DNA of 63,801 nt, counting the filler, from Folioceros fuciformis (lineage: Eukaryota): NCBI GenBank assembly GCA_049999805.1. It is 7 parts of 7 records of this genome, joined end to end, with 100 filler letters (N's around TTAATTAATTAA, not from the genome) between each part and the next. Parts side by side here need not be neighbours in the genome. Positions count along the whole stretch, not along the records: positions 1 to 22,330 come from JBNGIO010001681.1; positions 22,431 to 32,665 come from JBNGIO010001682.1; 5 more parts are not named here. One strand, 5' to 3'. The translations under genes and the position numbers were made by a program. Shown piece after piece: positions 11,249 to 23,459 of the stretch; position 1 is the stretch's first letter, and the number at the start of each line of letters is the position of its first letter. The notes under the pieces are model-generated. The model saw only the letters and a list, made by a program, of their open reading frames with translations. It was not told the DNA's origin and did not search any database.

Positions 11249-13390
11249 ATGGCCTCGGGATCTAGATCGGAGCCGGTCTGCTGATGCGGTGACAAGGTGT
11301 TTCCTTCTTGCTGATTCTAGTCCAGATCGCAGTGAGGCCGGCGAGATGCATCTGCAAGAGAACAGCTGGTCTTCGCGGTGGAGCTCCCAAGCTGGCGGAG
11401 GCTTGGTGCGTTTGCTACCTTCCTCTCTTGCATGCATGATGGATGAGCAGCTGGATGGGGGACCATAATTCAGGAGCTTGGATAGGGACTGGATGAAATT
11501 TGGTGCTCCGACGATTGGTCAGTGCAGGATAGCAGGTTTTGTGCACATAATTTGGATTTGAGTACTCAGTTTTGTGCCGGCATTGGTGGTAGGCAAAGGT
11601 GTTTTCAACTGGATTCTCCAAAGTGTCGAAAGGGCTCGTCGCCTTCCTCCTCCTGGGATATGTTGCAAAGCTCGTCTTATCCGAAACTGTTGATTGCTTC
11701 GCACTTATACCTGGAAAGTAAGAGACAGCAATTGTATCTTGAGAAGATGCGGGTTTTCATGTCTGTAGAGCTTCTGACGGGTGTTGTGGCACAGAACAAT
11801 TCCTTTCGGATGGAACGTCGTCACAGCGGGGTATTTGGAGCTGAGTTTTGTCGGGGTAAGCTTCCTTGAGTATTGAGCTGGCACGGCTTTGTGTTGTTGA
11901 TCACAGCGGGGCCCTGGCCAGCCTCCTTGCCTTGTGAGCTGGTCCGTTCTTGATTTGTTTTGTCTAGGAGCGTTCTCTGACTTATGCTTTGCTGCAGCTG
12001 GTCGTCAGTGCCGTTTGCATATTGGCTTTCGGAAAGATTTTGCAGCCTATTTGGGGTTCTAGGGAATTCTTGAAGTTTATCATTGTCGTCAACTTCTTGG
12101 CAGGCATTGGCACCTTCATATTTGCCATTGTCCTCTACTATGCAACGGCTAGTGTGGATTTTCTGTAAGCGGCTTCTTTCTACCGGACCTCGCTTTTTGA
12201 ACTGCTTTGAGCTTAGCAAACAGATTGCTAGGATTGGCTTCTAGTTTCTTACAGCTCGTCCTGCCTTTGAGGGTTCACACGGAGATCCTGGGAGCTCAGG
12301 CACTCATCTCGAGCTTTATAAGCCTGCTATGTCTGATCTATGACTTGCTTGAGAATAGATACACGCCAATTGCTGGATTTCATGGAGCGATAGCCGGATT
12401 TGTTGTTGCAATCAAGCAAATTATGCCCGACCAAGAGTATACCAGATTCAAGCTTAAAGTGCGTGCAAAGGTACGGTTAACCCTGCCGAGAAATGAGTTT
12501 GCAGTGTGTGTTTAGCAAGAATAGTGACATCTCATTTGCTTCATATGTGGGTGGTTGGGTCTTGCCAGAAAGGGGTGGTAAGTTGTATGAACAGCGTCAT
12601 AATCCGCTGAACATCAGTCCATGTTGTTGACGATCTGTTGATCCAGTGGTTGCCATCTATCCTCGTGCTGGGCTCAGTTATCCTCAGCATCATTCTGAAG
12701 GACCCAATACGGTTTCTTCCTTTTCACCTTTTCGGAACCTACGGAGCATGGCTGTACCTACGCTATGCGCAGCGAAAGCCAGAGACAACTTATCGTGGTG
12801 ATCCCAGTGATGAATTCGCTTTTGCAACCTTTTTCCCCGAGTTCTTGAGGTCAGTCTGTCCACGGGTTCTCTTGCTTTGCTCATGCCTTGTTACCCTTCA
12901 TAGCTTTTGGTCTTGCGAAAGCCCATGCATCGGCGTTACTGCCATGCCACCGAGTGGCAGTTTACTCACTGAACGCTTTTCTGATGCAGTCCTGCTGTGA
13001 ACATAGTTGCCACAGTTGTTGAGAGGATCATTTGTGGACGGTCACACTTGAGTGACGAGCGAGGCAACGGTTACCCGCTTGGAGGGAAACCTCTACCAGG
13101 TTCAGACCCAGCAGATGCCAGCAGAAGACGGTACATCTCATCCTTTCACACCTTCTAGTACCAGACTTGCTGCAAGACCTGAGTTATTGAAAATGATCCG
13201 GTCTCTTGGCTCCCATGTTACTCAACGTTGGGTTTGATTGTGAAGGGAACGGGGAGCTCGGGCTCTGGAAGAGCGGCTGAATGCGAATACAAATCCTGCA
13301 GGAACAGAACCTGCTGCCCAGGATGGCGCACCCACCTTACCTCTCAGCGTTTCGGCGACAGAATCACTGGATGCAGCAGACATGGTGTAG
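11249..13390 (+). CDS. TMEM115/DUF1751 rhomboid-like protein 19 (RBL19-like), multi-exon
   Basis: Exons encode GFSKVSKGLV...ALIPGK, TIPFGWNVVTAGYLE, LQPIWGSREFLKFI, GFHGAIAGFVVAIKQIMPDQE, RGDPSDEFAFATFFPEFLR and ERGARALEERL. Stop TAG at 13388-13390; start codon tentative. Confidence 0.88.
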
Positions 13391-14368
13391 AGAACGAACG
13401 CGTGTGGCTGTTCCAGTCTGACACAAAAAATAGCGGAGCGTCCTTGTCATGCTCCCAGCTTCGGTTCTGTATATGTCACCTAGCAGCTTATCTACAGTCA
13501 TTCTGCTTCTCTTTACTGTTCACCGGGTAAAAGCTGTCATGATAACAGGTATAGAGATCTGAGATGATGACCCTTAGCATGGGAAAGGCGTAGAGCTTGT
13601 GCTCATCACTGTGAAAGCATATTTCACTGTGCCGCCTCCTGTTGAGAATGCGACATTGATTACACACGCATGCTACGTCGCGAACTAGCGACTGCATTCC
13701 ATTCGACGAACCATGCGGGAGGTGCGCTGTCTTATCTCATATCGAGTGGATGAGCACAGTCTTGCCTGATTTGGTTGTCCTAGCTCGTGCAATTCCCTCC
13801 TCGAGTGCGTGCGTGAATGAGCATGATGCGGCATGTCACGAAGAGCAGCCGACGATCCTGGGTCGATGCTTCCTGCAGCTTGCGGACAGCGTTGAGGCCG
13901 GGCTGGTCCCACTCCATTCAATACAGGAGAGAGAAGAGGGTGGTCTGCCCTCCAGTTCGCCAGTGGATGGAGATTACCCGACGTGGTGGATCCTGGTTCT
14001 GGGCATGGGAGTTTCCTGGTTTCCCTATCCCGACCACGGGCCAGGATGCCTGCGCAGCGCGTTTGCAGCACTCAGTAAAAAGGTGAAGAAAAAACGCGTT
14101 TCTGCCTGCTGCTGCGGGCGCCTTTCTCTCCCGTCTGGATTCCCCACGCTATGCGGGAGCCGCGGGAAGGCAGGACTTGAACGACGGAGAACGGACCACG
14201 CCGGTAGCAGCCTCTCGGAGCTCTTTCTGGTGTTATCCACCAGCTGCTCATGAGCTGATGTAGCAATTGCCAATTTCTTCAATGGTTGCAATGCTATTTG
14301 CTTCTGGGCTGCGGTGACATGAGGGAGCGGCTTTAGGTCGGAGTGAAACTGGCAGCTGGAGCTGCGGG

Positions 14369-16550
14369 ATGGGGAAGGTGAAGTCGCGTTGTGGTCGGCA
14401 GGAATTTGGAGGAGAGTCAGAGGAAAGGAAGCGCAGGGGGAGCTTCTGCTGTAGGACTCTGCCGCTGCTTTTGATTTTGTCGTGCGGGGTGGGAGCAATT
14501 TGTGGGCTATGCGGGGTTGAGACCAGGCGGACGGGATGGACCGCGTTTGCTGCGGGGGTGGTGATGGTGGCGGTGTTGCGGAGGTGGTCCTGGCGAGAGC
14601 TGTGGCGGGTGGAAGAGAAGGCCATGCTGTTGCACGCAGAGGTTCGGGAGGAGACTAAGGCTGAGTTTCAGTCCTTCCTGCACCCTGACTTTGACAAGGA
14701 CTTCCTGCAACTGCTTGGTACCCTGGATGAGGTGAGGGAAAGTTTTGTGTGTCTCGGGCGTTAGATGTTGCGGTCGTGGAGGTGGTGGTGGTACTTACGA
14801 GTGCGTGTGTGTGTGGTGTGGTGTGTGTGTTCCAGTCGTCCTTGTGGAGGTCTCTTGAAGCAAGGACTGGATGGTAAGCAGCCACCAGATTGTTTTCTCT
14901 TGTTCGCTGGAGAGTGTGAGAAAGATGGGTGACAAGGGTTGATGTTGGATGAGGAGGGTGTCTTGGCTGGCCGATGTGGGTGTCTGGGTGATGTGTTTTG
15001 TTGGGAGGTGCAGGAAGACCGGAGATTATGACTATGCCACCAAGCTGGAGAGCGTTGCAGCTGAGGCACGAGCTGTTGCTGCCAGGTTGAATGCTGCTGC
15101 CAGTCAAGCACATGCGTTTGCAGAAAAGTTATCCTTGCCAGGTCTCGGTCAAGGTGAGGATGAGCTGAGTCTGAGGACTGTTGCCACAGGCGTTTCTGCC
15201 TTAGGGACAGATGGGATGAGCACGAGAAGCAATGTGCTCTTCGAAGATTCTGAGTGTAAATCCGAAGATGAGCTGAGCCTTGACACTGGTTTGACCACGG
15301 AGACCTTCTTGCCAAAACCGGAGGACTGTTTGCTCAGCATCAGCTGCAGGGTCGGGGGCGTAGCTCCAGCAAGACCGTATGAGGCCAACTACTCTCCTCA
15401 GACTAGTTTTGTGGCAATTGATCAATTGTCGCACGGAGAAACGTCCACTGTTGCAGTTCGTGAAGATTTCGTATACCAACGAAGTGACCTGATGAGTGTG
15501 CCTGAGAATACCCTGAGGTCCAAAGACGATCTAGTGCCCTCCAACCAGTATGCCAGTAACATGCAGCCAGTTGTGCAACGGCAGCTGGACTTCACAGATG
15601 TTGGGGACGTTATTGGGCTTGCCGAACCTGAAGAGGAAGCTGTTGAGGACCTGGCCGATGGTGCAGATTCATGCCATGAGGCTGAAGACATTTGTCCAGA
15701 AAATGGAGATGAATGGCATGGAGGTACTGTGGTAACTCCTGATCTGTTCGAGGATGTGGCCTCGGAGGAAGCTACTCTCAATAGTCGCATCACTGATTCT
15801 GAAATACAAGGTAGTGTGTCTGGTGAGGGCTGCCCCATCGAATCTGCGGCCTCGAAACAGGGTCCAGCTAGTCATTTCGATGCCACGGCGTTGGGCCTGC
15901 ATGGGGTTGCTGGCACTGGGACTACGGCAAGCTACAGAACCACCTGGACAGAGGCATCATTTGACCAATCTGAAGATGAGTTGTCTTCACACGCCAGCCC
16001 TGATGAACGTTTTCCGTCAAGGACATTAAGCTTCCGGGAGGCGGGCACAGGTCATCGTCGTCTTACGACCGAGTCTGTGACGTCCAGGCATCGGGTCTCG
16101 AAAAGTGATGGGGAGTTTGTGTTCCAGGACTCCTTGGACGGCAGTGCATCTGAAAGGGAAAATATTTCAAGCGTGACCAGTAGTCCTCTTGGACATGGCT
16201 CATCCCTAAAACCCATGGGTAGCGTGAGCGCGTCACCAGCGGACGCTTCTCCCATCCACGTTGCAAGGAAGATCAGCAAGCCTCAGGGTATTGCCTCAAG
16301 GCTACGAGGTGTCCTGAAATCAAACAGGTTTACTAGTAGCAAGGTCGTCCCGAGACGAGATGAGACAGCATCACAAGGTACCAGGTCCAAGAAGGAGGAT
16401 GCTTCCAAAGCCAACGTTGCGCCGAAGCGGGAAGACGTGTTGAAAGGGAACAGAATACCGTCTGGGGAAGCCGCTTCAAAGGTGGGTACAGGCGCAAAGG
16501 CGCTGCGAAATGCGACACCCTTTTCTGCAAGGAGAAGGTTGATGTCCTAG
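14369..16550 (+). CDS. Uncharacterised protein with N-terminal hydrophobic segments and a long disordered acidic/Ser-rich tail; exons about 14369-14731, 14837-14874, 15014-16550
   Basis: Phase-compatible GT-AG junctions link the 131-aa ORF, a 38-nt microexon (SSLWRSLEARTGW) and the 533-aa ORF. Confidence 0.6.
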
Positions 16551-17793
16551 GTAGTTTGGGCCTGCAGGTGAAATCTGCTGCCCTTGTGTCACAAGAGTTT
16601 GTACAATACAGCAGCGGAGTCCCGGGTGGACTAGCGGTGGAGACAAGACTAATAGGGTCACTGATCAACGTCTCTGGAAAAACCATGCGTGATTCAATGT
16701 CCATGGACCAGGTTGTTGATTCTTGACCGTAGAAACCAGATCTTGACAGTTCAGGTAGGCCAGTGTTCCCCTCTCCCTCTTGACCCCCCTTCCTAGCTTT
16801 CTATCCTGGCTTTCTTTCACTCTTCGTCTTCACCTGTGTTAGAAATCAGAGGCCGGCCTCGAGCTACCACTGAAACACCATTCTAGCAGAGCTACAATTC
16901 TGTTCTTCTAATAGTAAGACTGACGAGCGAAGTGACAGCGCCACAAGTAGACAGTTTCTGCGCAATTGATACCTTGCCCGGAGATTTGCAATTGGCGAGG
17001 GAGACGAAAAATAATGAGCAAGTGGTGAACCCACGAGATCACAGGGTTTAGATAAGAAGCTCATCCACAACATCTCAAAAGAAGGGGAAGTCTAAATTTT
17101 GGATGCATGCATAGGTAGTGGGCCAAGCATTTAACAACACTTCTATGTAGAAGTAATTGCATTTTAATGGATTTTGGCAAGGTCTATATAAAGATCATTC
17201 CTCCAATTGCAAGGATCATAGCTGAGGTTCTTCCAAATGCAAAGGAAGGATTGAGCTATGAGCCCAATTATAGAGAACCCACATGTGTCATGCGCTCAAG
17301 AATTAAGCTTGTCCTAGGAGGATGTCTCCCAAGTGTAGGTTGGTTTCCTAAATTTAAGCAGGAAAGTGAAAGAGAGGATGCTCACCATACTGTTTGGGGT
17401 GTGGCATCCAAACTCTATTTGGGGTGTGTCATATGGACCACTTACAAGATGTAGTAAAGGAGCTCATGGGAATGTTGTGAACCCTATGGAAGAAAATGAC
17501 AATTTTGAAGATCTAGATCCTAGGCAGAACAAGCAAAGTCATACACTAGGTGTTTTGTTATTAGAGCTAATGCTAGCATTGACGTTCGATGTGCTTCCGA
17601 GGCTTGATTATGATTCACACAAATGTTTGCAAGACATGGTTGATCTAAAACCTATTAACCCTAATTAAATGTCTAAGTACAAGTAACTTAACAATTTAGA
17701 AGATGCGACTCTTCAATTGCCTGTGCCATAAAGGTTGTGATGTTCTTAAACTTTTTGAAAACCAATTACAAAAAGATCATAAGATTGTCATGA

Positions 17794-17967
17794 TTACTTC
17801 ATGGAAGTTTCTCAAAAGGTGCTTGTAACTTGGGCACAAGTTTTGCTAGCGATAACTTGAAGCCCAAGGACTTAAATTTATTTCCCTCTAACATAATACC
17901 ACTAGGAACATGCTAAAGTGTTAGGTCCAAAGCCTATTCTAGCTCCCTCTAAATAAGCATTACATGC
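17794..17967 (-). repeat. Tandem duplicate (about 174 bp, diverged) of the 3' end of the adjacent UBC gene
   Basis: TTACTTCATRGAAGTTTCTCAAAAG...AAATAAGCATTACATGC occurs at 17794 and again at 17968. Confidence 0.85.
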
Positions 17968-17972
17968 TTACT

Positions 17973-20678
17973 TCATAGAAGTTTCTCAAAAGCTGCTTCT
18001 AACTTGGGCACAAGTTTTGCTAGCGATAACTTGAAGCCCAAGGACCTACATATATTTTTCTCTAGCATATCATTACTAGAAGATGCTAAAGTGTTAGGTC
18101 CAAAGCCTATTCTAACTCCCTCTAAATAAGCATTACATGCTGCCACAATTTTTGTCCCTACTTTCTTAAAGTGCTCATTGACTAATTGTTCAAAATGTGA
18201 GGGAGGATTTCGCATCAAAAACAACATAGATTTGCAACATAAAAGGAAACAATTCTCATCGTATTCTTCAGAATTTTTTTCTCCTTCATTCGTGTTTTGT
18301 TGGTGATTAAAGTCGGGCTCGTTATAAAAAGGTTTCTCAGTCAGCACAAGACTCTGGATTGAAAGTAAAACTTGCATAATGGTAGATACCTTTGGATTCC
18401 AAGCTTCTGACGCCTCCCCATGCCATGTGTTTAACAAGCTAAGACATACTTCACCATTTTCATAAAGATTTGGATTAATGTGCAAACCCTTAGAGTGGTA
18501 ATGTGCTTGAGGTGGGCTATTAGGATACTCTGGTGGAAGATAAATATCAAAAAAATAAAGCCCATCATGATATGGGGTTCCATCTGTCCCAATGAGGCCT
18601 GCAGTTAGAAGATCCATCCGTTCTTCATATACACGCACGTAGATTGTATCTGGAAGATTTTTCACAAGGAGGTCCCACTCATGTTGGACTCGTTTAATCC
18701 ACTTTCTTTGAATGCCGACATCATTGATATTTGAGAAGAAATGATGGTTGCTTGCATCATTCACTATATCAAACTTTTTAAAAGGCTCTGCTCTTTGTCT
18801 CTCTTGGATTGTTATGGCTTCTAGTTCAACACATAAAAGCGGATTTAAATCCATTTTCGTGACATGAGGCTTGTTCTCATCTTCATGTATAGTGGGTCCA
18901 TGAGCTGGTCCAAAAGCAACATCTGTATGTGATCCTTGCAAGCCATCTTGAAGGTGCTGGTTCTCCTTTGTTTCCTTCTCATAGGTGGGTCTGAATTTAT
19001 TGCCCCCATGTTGACTAAGAACATGTTCATCTTTGTTGTCTTTATGATGAGCACAATCCTCCTCATCTGATTCATCAAAACTAGAATAGCTAAGATCATG
19101 GCTCTCGCATGAAGAGCTCGAGTCATATTCTGATGAGGATTGACCATCATATTTAATGGCTATATGTATTTCACTCATTGCCACTTGTGAGGTAGAGCCA
19201 TCTATCCATGTAACTTCAACATCTCCATTTTCAAACAACTGCCCAGAAATACAACCAAACCATGTAGTTGCATATTTCGAATTTGGAATATGACTGTCCT
19301 TTGGGTGTCGAATGACAGCATCTCTCACATTATAGTCATATTCGGCATGCTTGCAAAGCTCAAACACACTAACAACTTCCTCTTTGAAGGTTGCATCTCC
19401 ATGTAGAGAAGGTCCCAACCACCTTACACTTGCAATACGTTGCTTGAAATCCACCCATTGTATACTGCCAAGCCCATGTTGGACGATGTTTGAATCGTCA
19501 TCGTCATCAATATTCTTAAGAGTTACACATTGCCTTGGCCAAAAATTGTGCTCTCCAGACACATCAACATGAACAAGCTCACAAGAGTGCATATCTTTGT
19601 TGGTTGTTCCATCTTGCCAAAGCACATTAACTGTGGTTTTGATGCCAACCACTTTGTGGCAGCCTTGAGTAACACCTCCTTCTTCTTTTCTTTGGTGTTT
19701 TGGTGTAGATTCTATATTTTGGCGCCGTCCTTTTGATCTTTCTTTCACGTTTTCACCCTTGCCATAAAGGCCTTCACAACTAGACTCCACAACAATTGGT
19801 TTGTTGGCTTGACAATGTTCTACATGCTCATGCAAAAGGCATCGGTCACCTAGCTGCCAATCTGTGTGCAAAAATTGGTTCATGACAATCAAGTCTTTTG
19901 GCTTTTGTTGCTTTCTAGGCTTCCTCAGAATCCCAGGTGTATTACTATAAGTAGCAACCCATTCAACAATAACCATGTCGGTATCGATTTGTGAAATTGT
20001 TCCACATTTTGTTCTTCGCTTGTCATAGTTGCCAACCAACCAAGTTGCTTTTTGCAAAGTTTTATCATCACGTGCCACTACTTTTTGACCAATAAATAAT
20101 GGTATATCTTCCTCTGCCATATTCTCACATTCTAAGTGGTCAGGGTTTGTAAGCTTCAATTGGCACTTTGCTCCATTGCTAAAGACCATTGTCACAAGCT
20201 CAATCACTTCATCCACTTTTCCCAACCATCCAGCACCAATGACGAAGTCTCCCACTTCAAATGAGCTTATTCTCTTCAAACACTTGCTATCTAGAGCCCT
20301 CATGAGCATACCATTTGTGAGCTCCAAATCCACTACAATCATAACATTTGTCACAATGCCTCTTTGCCCTAATGGGTTTAGTGCAAGTGCCACTACATGG
20401 TTATGCCTTAGAGTTCTATCCACAAGATGGAGATGGTGTGGATTCACTCTAGTCTCATTCAAGTCCATCCACAACACTATTGTTTGAGTACTGGTTTCTC
20501 CTTCGTCATCATCGCTACAATATTTTGAGTCTGAATTCGAATCTCCAAATGTTCTTTGTACAATTCCTAAAATTGTAGGATTAGATTTCATGGAAACTAC
20601 ATCTTTGCAAAACACTCGAATCTGATGTAATTCCTGCCCCATTTTGCAACTTTCTTTCCCTTGCCCGTCCCTTTCCAT
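17973..20678 (-). CDS. UBC23/UBC24(PHO2)/UBE2O-like large E2 ubiquitin-conjugating enzyme, intronless
   Basis: 901-aa ORF. The C-terminal UBC domain reads LPDTIYVRVYEERMDLL...GTPYHDGLYFFD...NPNLYENGEVCLSLLNTW with the catalytic Cys; the N-terminal region has family motifs (WLGKVDEV, VLWQDGT). Confidence 0.92.
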   Translation of the reverse strand: MERDGQGKESCKMGQELHQIRVFCKDVVSMKSNPTILGIVQRTFGDSNSDSKYCSDDDEGETSTQTIVLWMDLNETRVNPHHLHLVDRTLRHNHVVALALNPLGQRGIVTNVMIVVDLELTNGMLMRALDSKCLKRISSFEVGDFVIGAGWLGKVDEVIELVTMVFSNGAKCQLKLTNPDHLECENMAEEDIPLFIGQKVVARDDKTLQKATWLVGNYDKRRTKCGTISQIDTDMVIVEWVATYSNTPGILRKPRKQQKPKDLIVMNQFLHTDWQLGDRCLLHEHVEHCQANKPIVVESSCEGLYGKGENVKERSKGRRQNIESTPKHQRKEEGGVTQGCHKVVGIKTTVNVLWQDGTTNKDMHSCELVHVDVSGEHNFWPRQCVTLKNIDDDDDSNIVQHGLGSIQWVDFKQRIASVRWLGPSLHGDATFKEEVVSVFELCKHAEYDYNVRDAVIRHPKDSHIPNSKYATTWFGCISGQLFENGDVEVTWIDGSTSQVAMSEIHIAIKYDGQSSSEYDSSSSCESHDLSYSSFDESDEEDCAHHKDNKDEHVLSQHGGNKFRPTYEKETKENQHLQDGLQGSHTDVAFGPAHGPTIHEDENKPHVTKMDLNPLLCVELEAITIQERQRAEPFKKFDIVNDASNHHFFSNINDVGIQRKWIKRVQHEWDLLVKNLPDTIYVRVYEERMDLLTAGLIGTDGTPYHDGLYFFDIYLPPEYPNSPPQAHYHSKGLHINPNLYENGEVCLSLLNTWHGEASEAWNPKVSTIMQVLLSIQSLVLTEKPFYNEPDFNHQQNTNEGEKNSEEYDENCFLLCCKSMLFLMRNPPSHFEQLVNEHFKKVGTKIVAACNAYLEGVRIGFGPNTLASSSNDMLEKNICRSLGFKLSLAKLVPKLEAAFEKLL

Positions 20679-21346
20679 AGTGATATGAATTATAAAGGTG
20701 TGCCTCCAAAGATGTTGAAAAGATCAAGACTAAGGAAACCAAAGGCACAAAACGTAGCAATGTCAATGACATAAAAGTCTTGACACAACTTCAATGTATG
20801 GTCAACTCACACATAGACTAAAATGAATGTCTTCCTTAGTAAAGTAAAGAGAGAAGCATGTATACCAAGGTTTGAAGAGAAACACAAACAAATTCTTAGA
20901 CTTACTACAAGTAAAGGGGTCTAACCACACATTTATAGACCAAACTGGATTTATTTCTCGAAAAAGAGAAAAACAAACTCGAAAACTAAAAATGAAAACT
21001 TTGTACACTTTTGAACTTTTCAATATGTGGCCTAATAATAGACGTTTAGATTAAAACCTAGGAATGTGTCTTCAAACACCTTATTCTTAACCTTGCAGTA
21101 TAGGCAAATATGTTGTCTTGAATCATCCTACAAGGATGGGCAACATAGGACATCAAGTAAGGTCCATAAATACTTTCCTATGCCATGGGAAAGGGTTTGT
21201 CCAAGTTTGTGAAGGACTGCACCAACTTGAAGGCCTATCACAACATAAGATTAAGGATAGTGTTCCCTTGAGAGGGGCTAGTCTTCCCTAATCGCTTGAG
21301 TTATATTCTTTAGATGGGGGTTTTAATCACCTTAGAAGTGGCATGT

Positions 21347-22330
21347 TGTGGAGGCAAAACCCCGGGCACTGATTGCCGACGGGTTCCACCTTTAGTGGCC
21401 ACCCTTATCCCACTGTCGTTGAAACATTGGGTTCCGTTCCCACGAAGGAGCGATGGGGTTCCTTGCTGCCGTGGATGGAGGGTCGGACTCAATCGACGCG
21501 ATGATGGATTCGAGGGCTCCCCTCTAGCTCCGATCAAGCGTAGGACAGGCCTCGCTCTCCAGTGGTCAGCTGCACCTCTCTTGGTGCCCATAAACTCACT
21601 CCAGTCACTACAACGACCCTAACCTTTCAGATCTGCGACTTCCCTCACTCACTTCACTCACTCTCTCACTCCAGCACCAACACCAGCAACTAACAACGAC
21701 ACCACTACCTTCTACACTTCCCTACTAACTCCTCCTACCCGGCAAGAGTCACTGGACTAACCCCAAAGAAAAGAAAGAAGGGAACACACTCCCCTCTCGG
21801 ATATCTCCTCCCCACAACCTTACCAGATGCCATGAAACATGGCCGACCTACAGCACTTGTCCAAACAGGGAACAAGAGTGGACAGGTCGAGAGAAAGACA
21901 CATCCTTTACAATCAAGAGCTAAGGGCAAGCCCCTTCACCCTGGTCATTACACCTTGTGATCCTACCAGACACTGTACAACCGGCAACACGGGGCTTGCG
22001 ATCCTACCAGGCGTTGCACAGCCGGCAACACACTGCAGGTCCTAAACCAAGCAGGGACAGACCACAAGAGCTCATGAAGAGAGTACCTCCAAGAGCTCAA
22101 GAAGTGACAGACTAACTCCCGAAGTGAATGACTACCTCCTCCTACAGGCTCACCTGATCTTATACGAGCCTCTCTCTCTCTGACTTCACCTCTCTCTAAC
22201 TTGACAAATATTATTTTAATAAGACCACTAGCCTAGCTGGCTGTCACCAGCCACTTATTTAGACTTCTAGCACATCCTGCCACCAATGAGCTGGCCCTAC
22301 CACCACAAGGATCTACCACCTCCTAGACTA
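21347..22330. mobile_element. LTR-like repeat, copy 1 (runs into assembly gap)
   Basis: Begins TGTGGAGGCAAAACCC; about 240 bp nearly identical to the copy at 35508 and about 155 bp to the copy at 43160. Confidence 0.7.
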
Positions 22331-22430
22331 NNNNNNNNNNNNNNNNNNNNNNNNNNNNNNNNNNNNNNNNNNNNTTAATTAATTAANNNNNNNNNNNNNN
22401 NNNNNNNNNNNNNNNNNNNNNNNNNNNNNN
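22331..22430. other. Assembly gap spacer N44-TTAATTAATTAA-N44 (also at 32666-32765, 35743-35842, 39761-39860, 43316-43415, 57794-57893)
   Basis: Identical 100-nt N-runs with a six-frame stop linker. Confidence 0.98.
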
Positions 22431-23459
22431 CTGCAAGGATTCCTGTCCGTCTATGTTTCTAGGCAGTCAGGGTTTTCAGCTGGGCTGCTTGCTGTTGCGG
22501 ACTATGGTGCCCTTGTCAAAATTGCTCTCCGATCTGTCGACATTTCAGCAGGTTTGGTTTCATCTGGGCTAAGATTTGCCACACGAGCTTGGTCTCGGGG
22601 CGCTGTCTCAGATCTGGTTGCCCTGGAGATCAACGAAGTCGTCCAAGTTTCACCACTGAAAATGCCCATGTCGACTAGCAGAGGTAACCTGCTCCCGCAG
22701 TTTCAAGACTAACTTATGCTGTGGCAGCCCAAATGGGTTTGAACGCTGTATTTTGAGGAACTGGGCCAGTTCCCGCATTGAATTTGGAAGTGGTTCAAGG
22801 CTGCCACTGATGATTCTGCCAATTGCGAAGTGAGCACTACTGAGACTGGCTGTGGACAGAGGGATCCGGATTCATCAGGAAGGGATTTGAGGTCGACGGT
22901 GTTGTCAGTAACAGCACCATATCAAGCCTTTGGGCTAGGAGTGGCCATCTTTGAGGATGCTCAGGGCATGTTTCACCGACTTTGCTACAGACATTAATGA
23001 TTTCCTGGGATAAGTTAGAGCAAGACACGCAAAGTGTGGCAGTTGGGCATGGAGCAAGCCCCGAGGTTGACGCTGCTCTTGCAAATGTAGCTGTGGGTAC
23101 ATCTGTTAGCTGCATGTCTCTTGCGGTTGAAAAGGGATTGATAACCGTAGGACCCGATCACATCACTTTTCAAGTTGCTGCATCCCGTGCACTCTTGATC
23201 CTTCCTACCTGTTGTCACCATGCTGCCATCGACCTCCTCACTTGACACAGGGACCGAGATCCTCTGCAACGGTAACGGGTCTGCACAGGTCATGTTATTG
23301 CTCCATGAGTGTCTGGGTTCGGAGCAAATCATGAGCTTTCGTAGCTAGTTTCTAAGCAATGACTCTAAATGTCGCTCCATGATGATGTGCCTGCAGGTCG
23401 GTAAGAAGCTGTTGCAGAGGTGGCTGAGGTCATGCCGATGCTCTCCTCTCTGTGAAGCG

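Noticed and set aside
22331-22430. TTAATTAATTAA palindrome recurring six times in the window
   Set aside because: It is always centred in exactly 100 nt of N, so it is a scaffolding linker rather than biology.
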